This document shows, in pieces, positions 31,556 through 41,461 of a stretch of DNA of 60,586 bases. The notes beneath the pieces are model-generated. The model saw nothing but the letters and a program-made list of their open reading frames with translations. It had not been told where the DNA came from and did no database searches. The DNA comes from Gammaproteobacteria bacterium. Lineage in GTDB: Bacteria; Pseudomonadota; Gammaproteobacteria; Enterobacterales; Alteromonadaceae. The stretch covers positions 1 to 60,586 of the forward strand of contig JABXID010000203.1 in the NCBI GenBank assembly GCA_013373245.1, read 5' to 3'. The translations under genes and the position numbers were made by a program. Each line of letters opens with the position of its first letter. Within the stretch, counting starts at the first letter, position 1.

Positions 31556-33076
31556 ATGACCATTATCCGCCAACAAGATTTCATTGAAAGTATCGCAGAT
31601 GCGTTGCAATACATTTCTTATTACCACCCGCTCGATTACATTCAAGCGGTCGAGAAGGCATATAACAAAGAAGAAAACCCTGCGGCAAAAGACGCAATGG
31701 CGCAAATTCTTATCAACTCTCGTATGTCGGCAGAAGGGCACCGTCCAATCTGCCAAGATACCGGTATTGTGACCTGCTTTGTTAAAATCGGTATGGATGT
31801 TAAGTGGGACAAAACGGACTTAACGGTTCAACAAATGGTGGATGAAGGCACACGTCAAGCCTATCTAAACCCAGATAACCCATTGCGTGCGTCAATTGTT
31901 GCCGATCCTGCCGGAGCCCGTAAAAACACCAAAGACAATACGCCATCTGTTGTTCATATTGATATGGTTGCGGGTAATGAAGTAGAAGTCATGATCGCAG
32001 CTAAGGGCGGCGGCAGTGAAAATAAATCAAAAATGGCGATGTTGAACCCGTCGGATGACATTGTTGAGTGGGTTAAGAAAACCGTACCGACCATGGGTGC
32101 AGGCTGGTGTCCACCGGGCATGTTGGGCATAGGTATTGGCGGCACGGCTGAAAAAGCGGCTGTAATGGCAAAAGAATCTCTGATGGACCCTGTTGATATT
32201 CAAGAGCTAATTGACCGAGGCCCTGAAACTGCCGATGAAAAATTACGTGTTGATTTAATAAATGCGGTAAATGATTTAGGTATCGGTGCACAGGGTTTGG
32301 GGGGGGTGACTACGGTTGTAGATATTAAGATCAAATCTTGTCCTACTCACGCAGCGTCGAAGCCGGTTGTTATGATCCCGAACTGTGCGGCGACACGTCA
32401 TGTACATTTCCACTTAGACGGATCTGGCCCTGCGGAGTTAACACCACCAAAAGTAGAAGATTGGCCAGAAGTGACTTGGGAACTGGGCGACAACGTTCGT
32501 CGAGTTAACATTGATGATTTCAGTAAAGAGGACATTTCTGACTGGAAAGCTGGCGAAACCGTTTTATTAAGCGGTAAGATTTTAACCGGTCGTGATGCGG
32601 CGCATAAACGCATTCAAGAAATGCTTAATAATGGTGAAGGTTTGCCGGAAGGTGTTGATTTCACTAATCGCTTTATCTATTACGTAGGTCCTGTTGATGC
32701 AGTGGGCGATGAAGTTGTTGGCCCAGCGGGTCCTACAACAGCCACGCGTATGGACAAATTTACGGACATGATGTTAGAGCAAACGGGTCTAATAGGTATG
32801 ATCGGTAAGTCTGAACGCGGTCCTGCAACGGTTGATTCCATCGCTAAACATAAAGCAGTGTATTTAATGGCTGTAGGCGGCGCGGCTTATTTAGTGTCTA
32901 AGGCTATCAAAAAGTCACGTGTTGTGGCGTTTGGCGACTTGGGCATGGAAGCGATTTACGAGTTTGAAGTTGAAGATATGCCAGTATCTGTTGCGGTTGA
33001 CTCGTCAGGTAATAATGTTCACGAAACTGGACCTGCGATCTGGCGTGGCAAAATTGAAGAAGCTAAATCAAAATAA
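31556..33076 (+). CDS. Class I (Fe-S) fumarate hydratase
   Basis: PICQDTG, KGGGSEN, GWCPPG and AGPTTATRMD motifs. Confidence 0.95.
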   Translation: MTIIRQQDFIESIADALQYISYYHPLDYIQAVEKAYNKEENPAAKDAMAQILINSRMSAEGHRPICQDTGIVTCFVKIGMDVKWDKTDLTVQQMVDEGTRQAYLNPDNPLRASIVADPAGARKNTKDNTPSVVHIDMVAGNEVEVMIAAKGGGSENKSKMAMLNPSDDIVEWVKKTVPTMGAGWCPPGMLGIGIGGTAEKAAVMAKESLMDPVDIQELIDRGPETADEKLRVDLINAVNDLGIGAQGLGGVTTVVDIKIKSCPTHAASKPVVMIPNCAATRHVHFHLDGSGPAELTPPKVEDWPEVTWELGDNVRRVNIDDFSKEDISDWKAGETVLLSGKILTGRDAAHKRIQEMLNNGEGLPEGVDFTNRFIYYVGPVDAVGDEVVGPAGPTTATRMDKFTDMMLEQTGLIGMIGKSERGPATVDSIAKHKAVYLMAVGGAAYLVSKAIKKSRVVAFGDLGMEAIYEFEVEDMPVSVAVDSSGNNVHETGPAIWRGKIEEAKSK

Positions 33077-33103
33077 TCTGACTTAAGCCAAGTAAATCGA
33101 TAT

Positions 33104-33134
33104 AAAACCGTTTACCTGATGTAAACGGTTTTTT
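33104..33134 (+). terminator. Rho-independent terminator
   Basis: AAAACCGTTTAC-CTGAT-GTAAACGGTTTTTT. Confidence 0.85.
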
Positions 33135-33279
33135 ACGTTTTAGCCTATAAAACTTAGCTGAACAGGCTATATTTTTTTCGTCTATAGCTTCATGCAAATA
33201 TCGCTAGTTTTGCAGTTAAAACCTTCTACACTCAGAGTTCTCTAAATCTGTTTTATGAATTAAGGACAATCATTACCTC

Positions 33280-34185
33280 ATGCCAGTCTCTGTCGCTTAT
33301 CTACTAGTTATTTTGATCTGGGCCACAACGCCTTTGGGCATTGTTTGGAGCAGTGAATCCATGGAGCCAACATTTGCGTTATTAACTCGTATGGTAATTG
33401 GTTTAGTGCTTGGTCTAATGTTTATGCGGATATTTAACATTGAGTTTGATAAACGCAGAGCTGCAATAAAAGTATATTTGTACTCTGGCATAACTCTGGC
33501 GGTTGGTATGTTACTTACCTATTTTTCAGCGCGTCATATCTCATCAGGATTAATGTCGTTGTGTTTTGGCTTAACGCCAATTTTGGCGGGCTGGTTTGCG
33601 CAAAAAATCATTGCGGAAGCCAAGTTTACTGGATTAAAGAAAGTGGCGCTTACGGTAGCACTGTGCGGTCTTGCACTAGCGAGTTTAGACAATATCGACA
33701 TGGGCATGAGCAGCATTTTAGGTTTTGTTTTGGTGTTGGGCTCGGTGACTATCTTTAGTTTAAGTGGCGTATTGATAAAAAGTGTCGGTGTTGAACTGCA
33801 TCCACTTTCAACCACGGTTGGCTCGCTGATAGTCAGTTTACCGTTTTTTATTGTTGCCTGGTTATTATCTACCGGCGGAATTATACAATATGAAAATTGG
33901 CAACCGAAAGCCATATATGCTGCTGTATATCTGGGAGTTTTTGCCTCACTTATTGGCTACTTGGCGTATTTTTATGTATTGAAAAAGCTGCCGGTAACCA
34001 CCGTAGGTTTGATTGTCATGGTTACGCCAATTATTGCCAATATATTGGGTGTTTTGGTGAACGGGGAACATTTCTCCACGTCATTGCTGCTTGGCGGGAC
34101 GTTGGTAGTTGCAGGTTTATCGATATTTCAATTTGGCCACCGTATTAAGTGGGCGAGTTCGAAGCCTAAAAGCAGGGCGGTTTGA
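33280..34185 (+). CDS. DMT/EamA-family transporter
   Basis: About 10 TM segments; IWATTPLGI motif. Confidence 0.9.
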   Translation: MPVSVAYLLVILIWATTPLGIVWSSESMEPTFALLTRMVIGLVLGLMFMRIFNIEFDKRRAAIKVYLYSGITLAVGMLLTYFSARHISSGLMSLCFGLTPILAGWFAQKIIAEAKFTGLKKVALTVALCGLALASLDNIDMGMSSILGFVLVLGSVTIFSLSGVLIKSVGVELHPLSTTVGSLIVSLPFFIVAWLLSTGGIIQYENWQPKAIYAAVYLGVFASLIGYLAYFYVLKKLPVTTVGLIVMVTPIIANILGVLVNGEHFSTSLLLGGTLVVAGLSIFQFGHRIKWASSKPKSRAV

Positions 34186-34271
34186 GTAAGATCAACAAAA
34201 TGCCGCCGTTACCTATCTATTTTTAGACAAGCTCATTATAATTGCGCCGGTTAAAATAAGTAGAGTTTAAT

Positions 34272-35108
34272 ATGTTATCTGTCGTTGATTATCAATCTGA
34301 AAATGCCGCGCAAGAATTTGTTCAATCGTTGCATGAAACAGGTTTTGGTGTGTTGTCGAACCACCCAATTCAAAAAGAACTGTTGGAATCCATTTATACA
34401 AACTGGGCGGGCTTTTTTGCATCCGAGCAAAAACACGACTTTCATTTTAATGTTGAAACCCAAGACGGATTTTTCCCTTCAACTGTGTCGGAAACCGCAA
34501 AGGGTTTTACAAAAAAAGACATCAAAGAATACTTTCATTACTACCCTTGGGGCCAATGTCCAGATGAGTTAAAAGCACAATTGGCAGATTATTACCAACA
34601 AGCTAATGCGTTGGCAACCCAACTATTGAATTGGGTTGAAGAGTATTCGCCAGCCGATGTTTCGGTTAAGTATTCACAAGCTTTGTCCAGTATGGTGGCG
34701 GAAAGTGAACGTACGTTATTGCGTGTATTACATTATCCTCCAATCACAGGTGACGAAGAGGTTGGTGCCATAAGAGCAGCTGCACACGGTGACATTAATC
34801 TGTTAACCGTATTACCTGCCGCGAATGCCAGCGGTTTGCAAGTGAAGTTAAAAGATGATTCTTGGTTCGATGTTCCAGGAGACTTTGGTTGTATTATTGT
34901 GAATATTGGCGATATGTTGCAAGAAGCGTCTGGCGGCTATTTCCCGTCGACCATTCATCGTGTGATCAACCCTGACAATCAAGATCGCAGCAAATCTCGC
35001 ATTTCATTGCCGTTATTCTTACACCCGAAAGCGGATGTGGTTTTGTCTGAGCGTTATACTGCCGATGAATATTTGCAAGAACGTTTGCGCGAGTTAGGCG
35101 TAAAGTAA
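34272..35108 (+). CDS. 2-oxoglutarate/Fe(II)-dependent dioxygenase (IPNS-like)
   Basis: HGD...H facial triad (HGDINLLT, STIHRV) and RIS 2OG-binding motif. Confidence 0.92.
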   Translation: MLSVVDYQSENAAQEFVQSLHETGFGVLSNHPIQKELLESIYTNWAGFFASEQKHDFHFNVETQDGFFPSTVSETAKGFTKKDIKEYFHYYPWGQCPDELKAQLADYYQQANALATQLLNWVEEYSPADVSVKYSQALSSMVAESERTLLRVLHYPPITGDEEVGAIRAAAHGDINLLTVLPAANASGLQVKLKDDSWFDVPGDFGCIIVNIGDMLQEASGGYFPSTIHRVINPDNQDRSKSRISLPLFLHPKADVVLSERYTADEYLQERLRELGVK

Positions 35109-35139
35109 GCGATATGCTTGTTTTTAAATACAGAGCATT

Positions 35140-35175
35140 AAAAAAGGTTAGTTGTTTAAACAACTAACCTTTTTT
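35140..35175. terminator. Bidirectional Rho-independent terminator
   Basis: AAAAAAGGTTAGTTGTTT/AAACAACTAACCTTTTTT perfect inverted repeat between convergent genes. Confidence 0.9.
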
Positions 35176-35196
35176 ATTGGAAGTTAATGATTGAGA

Positions 35197-35922
35197 TTAG
35201 TCTTCCAATTTATAAACCACGTTTACGCTTTTTGAAATTTCTATGAATTCAGGAATGAACATGGATTGGACTTGGAATGCCATACCTTCAGCTCGAGAAA
35301 ACTCATAACTTTGCGTATTCAAACCAAAGGTAGCAAAAAACGACTGATATGAACCAGAATCATTAATGGCAAATACGGAATCAATTTTGACACCTAAACC
35401 AGCCGCGAGTTGCTTAGCTTTGGTTTTGGCTTTATGGCCAGCTTCAGCAATAAGCTCAATAGTAATATCGTCGCGGTTTGAAACATCAAACTGACTGCTG
35501 ATATTGACTACATTATTGATACGATTTAAACCCGCAGTGATGTCAGAATAATAAGTGAGTATGTTGAGAGTGATCTCAAAGCGCTGGGAAAATTCGTAGC
35601 CTAGAATTTCTAAGTCTTCATAACTTTTCGAATTTCTGGCGCGTTTGGTGCGTTTATCAATCTCAAAGCTGACGATATGGTGAGTAGCTACTTGATGTTG
35701 CTCTAAAACATTAAGTACTTTATCTACGGTTTCATTGAGCAGGTTATGCGCAGTTGCGGCTTGTTTATCAAACACCAGCACTTGTAATTGAATTTTGGCT
35801 TGATCTGGCGTGACTTTGCGCGTGCTTTCACCAGTGACAGTAACAAACGGAAAGTCAGGAATAGGCGAGCTGAATACCGGTAAGCTCAATAGTGCTAATA
35901 ATACGATTCCAAATGCTTTCAA
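35197..35922 (-). CDS. SIMPL/DUF541 periplasmic protein
   Basis: Signal peptide, VTVTGE..VTPD and AKAKQLAAGLGVKI motifs. Confidence 0.85.
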   Translation of the reverse strand: MKAFGIVLLALLSLPVFSSPIPDFPFVTVTGESTRKVTPDQAKIQLQVLVFDKQAATAHNLLNETVDKVLNVLEQHQVATHHIVSFEIDKRTKRARNSKSYEDLEILGYEFSQRFEITLNILTYYSDITAGLNRINNVVNISSQFDVSNRDDITIELIAEAGHKAKTKAKQLAAGLGVKIDSVFAINDSGSYQSFFATFGLNTQSYEFSRAEGMAFQVQSMFIPEFIEISKSVNVVYKLED

Positions 35923-35993
35923 TTGTATCTCCTTTGTATTACAACAAATTATTTGGCAATAAAACGTATTTTGTTTTATTTAAACGTCGAAGT

Positions 35994-36485
35994 TTATTTC
36001 GACTCTGCTTGATTAGAGCTATCTAACTCACCTAAGTTCAGTACTGGAGCTGCATCGATATCTGATGCACCCATCATTTCTGAAATACGCTCGACACTTG
36101 AAAGTAATTGAAACTGTTCCCATTCCTTGAGGCTATAAAATTTTTCGACAAAACTTTCTTCAATAGGTTGTGGTGCACTAAGCAATGCTTCTTTACCTTC
36201 ATCGGTTAAGAACAATGCAACTCTTCGCCTATCACTCTCACTGCGAATACGTTTGACAAAACTTTTTGATTCTAATCTATCTAAAATATTCGTGACCGTT
36301 GCTTGGCTTAAGTTAATGTTGGTCGATACTTCTTTAGCAGTGATCCCTTTGACTCTTGCCAACTCTTGTAAAATGATAAGTTGTGGACCGGTGACACCCG
36401 CTTCTTTACTTAATTTTCGCGAGCGGATATCAATCGCTCGAATGATCTTTCTTATTGATACAAATAACTCTTCGTGTCTTTCCAC
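35994..36485 (-). CDS. MarR-family regulator, CosR/EctR-like
   Basis: IRKIIRAIDIRSRKL..GVTGPQL..LSQATVTNILDRLE..DAAPVL. The likely GTG start is at 36485; the gene lies downstream of a BCCT transporter. Confidence 0.85.
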   Translation of the reverse strand: MERHEELFVSIRKIIRAIDIRSRKLSKEAGVTGPQLIILQELARVKGITAKEVSTNINLSQATVTNILDRLESKSFVKRIRSESDRRRVALFLTDEGKEALLSAPQPIEESFVEKFYSLKEWEQFQLLSSVERISEMMGASDIDAAPVLNLGELDSSNQAESK

Positions 36486-36573
36486 TTTTCTAACCGCCCA
36501 CGCAATATTCAACAGCGCTAATATAGCGCAATCAGGGGTTTATCCAACCCTTTTTTACAACGACTGTTTATTA

Positions 36574-38517
36574 TCAGCGCAAAACGTGTAAAAAATGTTG
36601 GTGTTTATGATATTGATCAACCATGTCATTGAGAACGCCGTGTTTTGACCATCCCATAATATCGTAGTCTTGTCCGCCTTCTGCTAGGTGAACTTCGGCG
36701 CGATAGTAGTTATCGTTCTCGACATCGTCTGTATAGTCAGGTTGTGCGTGTTTACGACAATAGACACCATATACAAATTCATGTTCATCACCATGTTGTA
36801 CAGTGATTTGAATGCCGTCTTTCAGGTTTTCAATGACTGCTTCCATGTTATGTTCACTAAAATATTGCTTTAACATAATCATAGCCGGCTGAACTTTGGT
36901 GTTTATGTACTTGGTAACATTGGATTTACTCGGATAATCAATAATATTGTCTAATCGCTCTTTCCAGTCTTGCTCGTCACTGTGTGGATAAAGTGGCGTT
37001 AGGTTCATTTGCAAGCTTTCGCGCTTTGCGCTTTCAATCCGTAACGCATTCATAAGACCAATCATTGCTATGATTAAGATGATTGCGAATGGGAACGCTG
37101 CGGCAATTGTCATGGTTTGCAATGCCGATAACCCACCGACTAAGCTTAAAATAGCAGCAACCGTTCCCATGCCTATTGCCCAGAACAAGCGTTGCCAAAC
37201 TGGGGTGTTACTTTTGCCATTCGAGCACAGCATATCGACAACCATGGCGCCGGAGTCACACGAGGTTACAAAGAAAATAACAATCATTAAGACGGACAAA
37301 AATGACAGGATATTTGAGTATGGTAAATTCTCTAAAAATACAAACAAGGCGACAGAGGTGTTGGAATTAACCATATCTGCCAACTGATTGATACCTGAGT
37401 CAAATATCAATGAAATGGCACTATTGCCAAAAATTGTCATCCACAGTAGCGTAAAAGCGGTAGGCACTAACATGGCGCCAAAGATAAACTCTTTAATGGT
37501 GCGTCCACGAGAGATCCGAGCGATAAATAAGCCAACAAATGGCGCCCACGCTAACCACCATCCCCAATAGAAAATCGTCCACCCACCAATCCAGTCGGTT
37601 TTTTCATAAGCAAACAGGTTAAACGTATTTCTCACAATATCAGATACATACGCGCCAATATTTTGTACATATGCTTGTAACAGAAAGACGCTTGAACCCG
37701 CGATAAACACTAATAACATCAGCAAAATTGCTAAAATCATATTAGCTTCTGACAAACGTTTAATACCTTTATCTAATCCTGTTGCCACTGATATTGAAGC
37801 CAATATGGTGATCACCACCATTATCAATACTTGGTTGATGGTTGTGATATCTAACTCAAATAAGTAATTCAAACCAGAATTCACTTGGGATGCGCCAATC
37901 CCCAAAGACGTTGCAGTTCCAAATACTGTGCTGACAACCGCAAATATATCGACAAGGTGGCCACGCCAGCCATAAATTTTGTCACCAATTAATGGGTAAA
38001 GCGCAGAGCGCAGGGTAAGTGGTAAATTTTGGCGATAGCAAAAGTAAGCAAGAATTAGCGCGACCACCGTATATATGGCCCATGCGTGAACCCCCCAATG
38101 GAAAAACGTCATGCTCATTGCTTCTTTTACGGCCGCTAGCGTACCAACATCTGCTTTAGGGGGAGCAAGGTAGTGCATTACGGGTTCGGCCACACCAAAA
38201 AACATAAGGCCTATGCCCATGCCCGCGGCAAATAACATTGAGAGCCAGGCTGAAAATGAGTAGTCCGGAGTTGAATGGTCTGGGCCCAAGCGAATAGTCC
38301 CGTATTTGGAGGCGCCTAAATACAGAACAAATATTAAAATAATGGCAACAGTTAAAACATAAAACCAGCCAGTATTTGTTACCAGCGCACTTTGGATGTA
38401 ATTAAAAACGTCGGTAGCGTGATTCGGGAAAACACTGCTTACGATTAAAAGAAACGAGATAGCTAACGTTGCGGGAACAAAGACGTATTGGTTCAATTGG
38501 TTATTTATCATAAGCAA
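36574..38517 (-). CDS. BCCT-family choline/glycine betaine transporter with BetT-type C-terminal domain
   Basis: WLSMLFAAGMGIGLMFFGVAEP and GWTIFYWGWWLAWAPFVG motifs; C-terminal YYRAEVHLAEGGQDYD. Confidence 0.92.
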   Translation of the reverse strand: MLMINNQLNQYVFVPATLAISFLLIVSSVFPNHATDVFNYIQSALVTNTGWFYVLTVAIILIFVLYLGASKYGTIRLGPDHSTPDYSFSAWLSMLFAAGMGIGLMFFGVAEPVMHYLAPPKADVGTLAAVKEAMSMTFFHWGVHAWAIYTVVALILAYFCYRQNLPLTLRSALYPLIGDKIYGWRGHLVDIFAVVSTVFGTATSLGIGASQVNSGLNYLFELDITTINQVLIMVVITILASISVATGLDKGIKRLSEANMILAILLMLLVFIAGSSVFLLQAYVQNIGAYVSDIVRNTFNLFAYEKTDWIGGWTIFYWGWWLAWAPFVGLFIARISRGRTIKEFIFGAMLVPTAFTLLWMTIFGNSAISLIFDSGINQLADMVNSNTSVALFVFLENLPYSNILSFLSVLMIVIFFVTSCDSGAMVVDMLCSNGKSNTPVWQRLFWAIGMGTVAAILSLVGGLSALQTMTIAAAFPFAIILIIAMIGLMNALRIESAKRESLQMNLTPLYPHSDEQDWKERLDNIIDYPSKSNVTKYINTKVQPAMIMLKQYFSEHNMEAVIENLKDGIQITVQHGDEHEFVYGVYCRKHAQPDYTDDVENDNYYRAEVHLAEGGQDYDIMGWSKHGVLNDMVDQYHKHQHFLHVLR

Positions 38518-38694
38518 AGTAGTTTGAATAAGTATTATTACTAGTCTAAGTATTTATTTTTAATAATGCTAACTAATTTTAATTTTACTCAATTAGTATA
38601 ATTACTTGAATGTATTAAAAATAATTACAATACTAAGTATGAGATAAAAAATGTACGAAACAGTGATCATATAATCTAATAAAATAGGAACACT

Positions 38695-41373
38695 ATGTTT
38701 AATAAAACGCCCGTCAATAAAGCTCTATCCTGTCTGTTTGCCTCGAGTTTAGTCGTACCGACCATTGCAGTCGCCCAAAGTAATAACGAAATTGAAACCA
38801 TTGAAGTCACAGCGACAAAACGTACACAGAATATTCAAGAGGTTCCTGTGGCCGTATCGGCACTGAGTGGCGATGCGATGGATGCTTTAGGTATCGACAA
38901 TTTTCAAGATTATGTTGAGTTTTTGCCTAATGTGACTTTCCAGGGAACAGGCCCGGGGCAAAATGAAATTTATATTCGTGGTGCTGCTACCTCACAAACA
39001 GGCATCGCAGTTTCCTCGGTTCAGGCGTTACAACCTTCAGTCGCCACCTATTTAGATGAAATTCCAGTTTCAATGCAAGGCCGAAACTTAGACGTATACG
39101 CGACAGACATTGAACGTGTTGAAGTGTTGCCAGGGCCTCAGGGCACATTATTTGGAGCCAGTTCGCAAGCGGGGACGGTACGGATTATTTCTAAGAAACC
39201 AAATCATAACGATGTTGAATTAGGTTTTGACATGAACACTGGATTTACCAAAGGTGGCGATCTTAGTAACTCGGTGGAAGGTTATTTTAACTTACCCATC
39301 ACTGATGATTTGGCATTTCGCGTTGCTGCTTATACAGATCACCAAGGTGGTTGGATAGACAACGTACAAAGTGTGCCGGGTGAAGGTGGATATATTGGTA
39401 GCGTGGAACACATAAACCGAATTTCTGCCGGACAACCATTTGTCGATGTTTCGACGGCTACAATAGACTCACCAAGTAACTCAGACACAGTGCAAGATAA
39501 TTATAATGATGCGACGTACGCTGGTGCACGCTTTAGTCTCTCATACTTAATCAATAATGATTGGAGTATTTTGTTCCAGCACACGGCTCAGTCATTGGAA
39601 ACCGAAGGGGTGTTTGCGTATGACCCATCTTATGATGACCAAGAATCAACCAGCCGCTTTGAGCCAGAAACCAACCAAGACACTTTTGGTTTAACGACTT
39701 GGACGCTTGAAGGGCGACTGGGGCAATTAGATGTGGTTTACGCTGGTGGTTATTTAGATAGACAAATTGATACCACGGTTGATTACATCGGATACACAAA
39801 CGGTGGTTTTTATTCCGCATTTTACGCTTGTGATTACGGCACAGCAGGTGAAGAACATTGTTACGATCCAAGAGGTTATTACGGTGAAGACACTGAAAGT
39901 ACGCGTTTTACTCAAGAGTTTCGTATAAATACACCGGTTGATAACGTATGGCGTTTAACAGCTGGTGTTTATCTTGATGAGCAGAGTTTAGGAACTGTTG
40001 GTGAATTCCAACTAGGAGCGGCTGGTAAGTTTACCGACGGTTTTAACCGTGAAGTTACTGGCGAGGGCACTAATAATAATGGCAAACAATTTGCGCCAGA
40101 AATCAGTTATGTTAACGATGTAACGCATGATATTGATCAATTGGCAGTTTTTGGTAATTTCGAATACGACCTTACTGAAACTGTAACAGCGGGGATTGGA
40201 GTGCGTTGGTATACCATCGATGATATCTATACAGGTGGCACTACTTCTGGCGCATATGGTGACGTTACTGGTCGAATTCGCGCGTTTGGTGGGTCAAATC
40301 AAGACATTATCGATTTCTTTGGTGCAGAAGAGGGGCAAAAGATCATTGATGCGGTTGCCAATGGTCAACTAGAGACAGATTTATTGGACTCTGAAGGTGT
40401 ATTAACAGTTGACGATACTATTCTCAAGTTTTCAGTGAACTGGGATGCAATGGATAATGTTATGTTCTTTGCTAATTACTCGGAAGGTTTCCGACCGCCT
40501 GTGACTGCGCGCACGGGTGGTGCTGAAGCATCAATTTCAGCAAGTGGCAGTGTACCAGCAGGCTCAGCGTTTGATGGTTACCGAATACCAGTGTATTCGT
40601 TGACGGATACTCTTGAAAACTATGAAGTAGGTATGAAAGGGGACTTCTTTGAACGCTCGCTAAGATTCAACGCTACAGCGTATTATTCTGAAATTAATGA
40701 CTTGCAAACCTCACGATTTGACCCGACTAACATTGCGTTTTTCGTATTCACCGATAACGTTGGTACCGCAGAAATTGCCGGAGTAGACGCAGACTTTACA
40801 TGGCGTGCAACGGATAACTTAATTATTAGTGGTGCGTTTAGTTTATTAGACTCAGAAATAACTGAGCTAAATGAAACCATGAACAATATTTCAGCCCCAG
40901 TAGGCAGCGCGCTGCCGTATACAGCTCCTTTTTCTGGAAATATCAGAGCACGTTATTTTTACACGCTTGATAACGGTTGGGACAGTTATATAAATGCATC
41001 TATCAGTTATACAGGTGAGCGATTGTCTGGCATGTTTGGCAACGCATATGTTACCGAAGATACCCATGAATTGGTGTATGGTACAGGTACTGGGCTAGAA
41101 ATTGAGCAGGAAATACCAAAAGGGCAATATGAAGGTGTGTCATTTAACGATAGAAACGGTGAAGCGTTTGCTGGTGGCCGTTATGTTGCCCAAGCTTATT
41201 CGATAGCTAATCTGGCATTCGGTGTCACTAACGGCGCTTGGAACGCAGAATTGTACATTAATAATTTATTTGATGAACGAGCAGAGCTGTACATCGATGA
41301 ACAACAATTCACCCCTAAAGTGGTTACCAATAGGCCTATGACAATGGGCGTTCGTTTTGGATATGACTTTTAA
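38695..41373 (+). CDS. TonB-dependent receptor
   Basis: TonB box IETIEVTA, IERVEVLPGPQGTLFGASS, terminal GYDF. Confidence 0.95.
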   Translation: MFNKTPVNKALSCLFASSLVVPTIAVAQSNNEIETIEVTATKRTQNIQEVPVAVSALSGDAMDALGIDNFQDYVEFLPNVTFQGTGPGQNEIYIRGAATSQTGIAVSSVQALQPSVATYLDEIPVSMQGRNLDVYATDIERVEVLPGPQGTLFGASSQAGTVRIISKKPNHNDVELGFDMNTGFTKGGDLSNSVEGYFNLPITDDLAFRVAAYTDHQGGWIDNVQSVPGEGGYIGSVEHINRISAGQPFVDVSTATIDSPSNSDTVQDNYNDATYAGARFSLSYLINNDWSILFQHTAQSLETEGVFAYDPSYDDQESTSRFEPETNQDTFGLTTWTLEGRLGQLDVVYAGGYLDRQIDTTVDYIGYTNGGFYSAFYACDYGTAGEEHCYDPRGYYGEDTESTRFTQEFRINTPVDNVWRLTAGVYLDEQSLGTVGEFQLGAAGKFTDGFNREVTGEGTNNNGKQFAPEISYVNDVTHDIDQLAVFGNFEYDLTETVTAGIGVRWYTIDDIYTGGTTSGAYGDVTGRIRAFGGSNQDIIDFFGAEEGQKIIDAVANGQLETDLLDSEGVLTVDDTILKFSVNWDAMDNVMFFANYSEGFRPPVTARTGGAEASISASGSVPAGSAFDGYRIPVYSLTDTLENYEVGMKGDFFERSLRFNATAYYSEINDLQTSRFDPTNIAFFVFTDNVGTAEIAGVDADFTWRATDNLIISGAFSLLDSEITELNETMNNISAPVGSALPYTAPFSGNIRARYFYTLDNGWDSYINASISYTGERLSGMFGNAYVTEDTHELVYGTGTGLEIEQEIPKGQYEGVSFNDRNGEAFAGGRYVAQAYSIANLAFGVTNGAWNAELYINNLFDERAELYIDEQQFTPKVVTNRPMTMGVRFGYDF

Positions 41374-41400
41374 GTCAACCACTTAATTGATACGCTAACA

Positions 41401-41436
41401 AACGGCAAGTTGATAAAAGATCAACTTGCCGTTTTC
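41401..41436 (+). terminator. Rho-independent terminator between the TBDR and sulfotransferase genes
   Basis: AAACGGCAAGTTGAT-AAAAG-ATCAACTTGCCGTTTT. Confidence 0.85.
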
Positions 41437-41461
41437 TATTCATTTACCAATTTTTGTCGAC

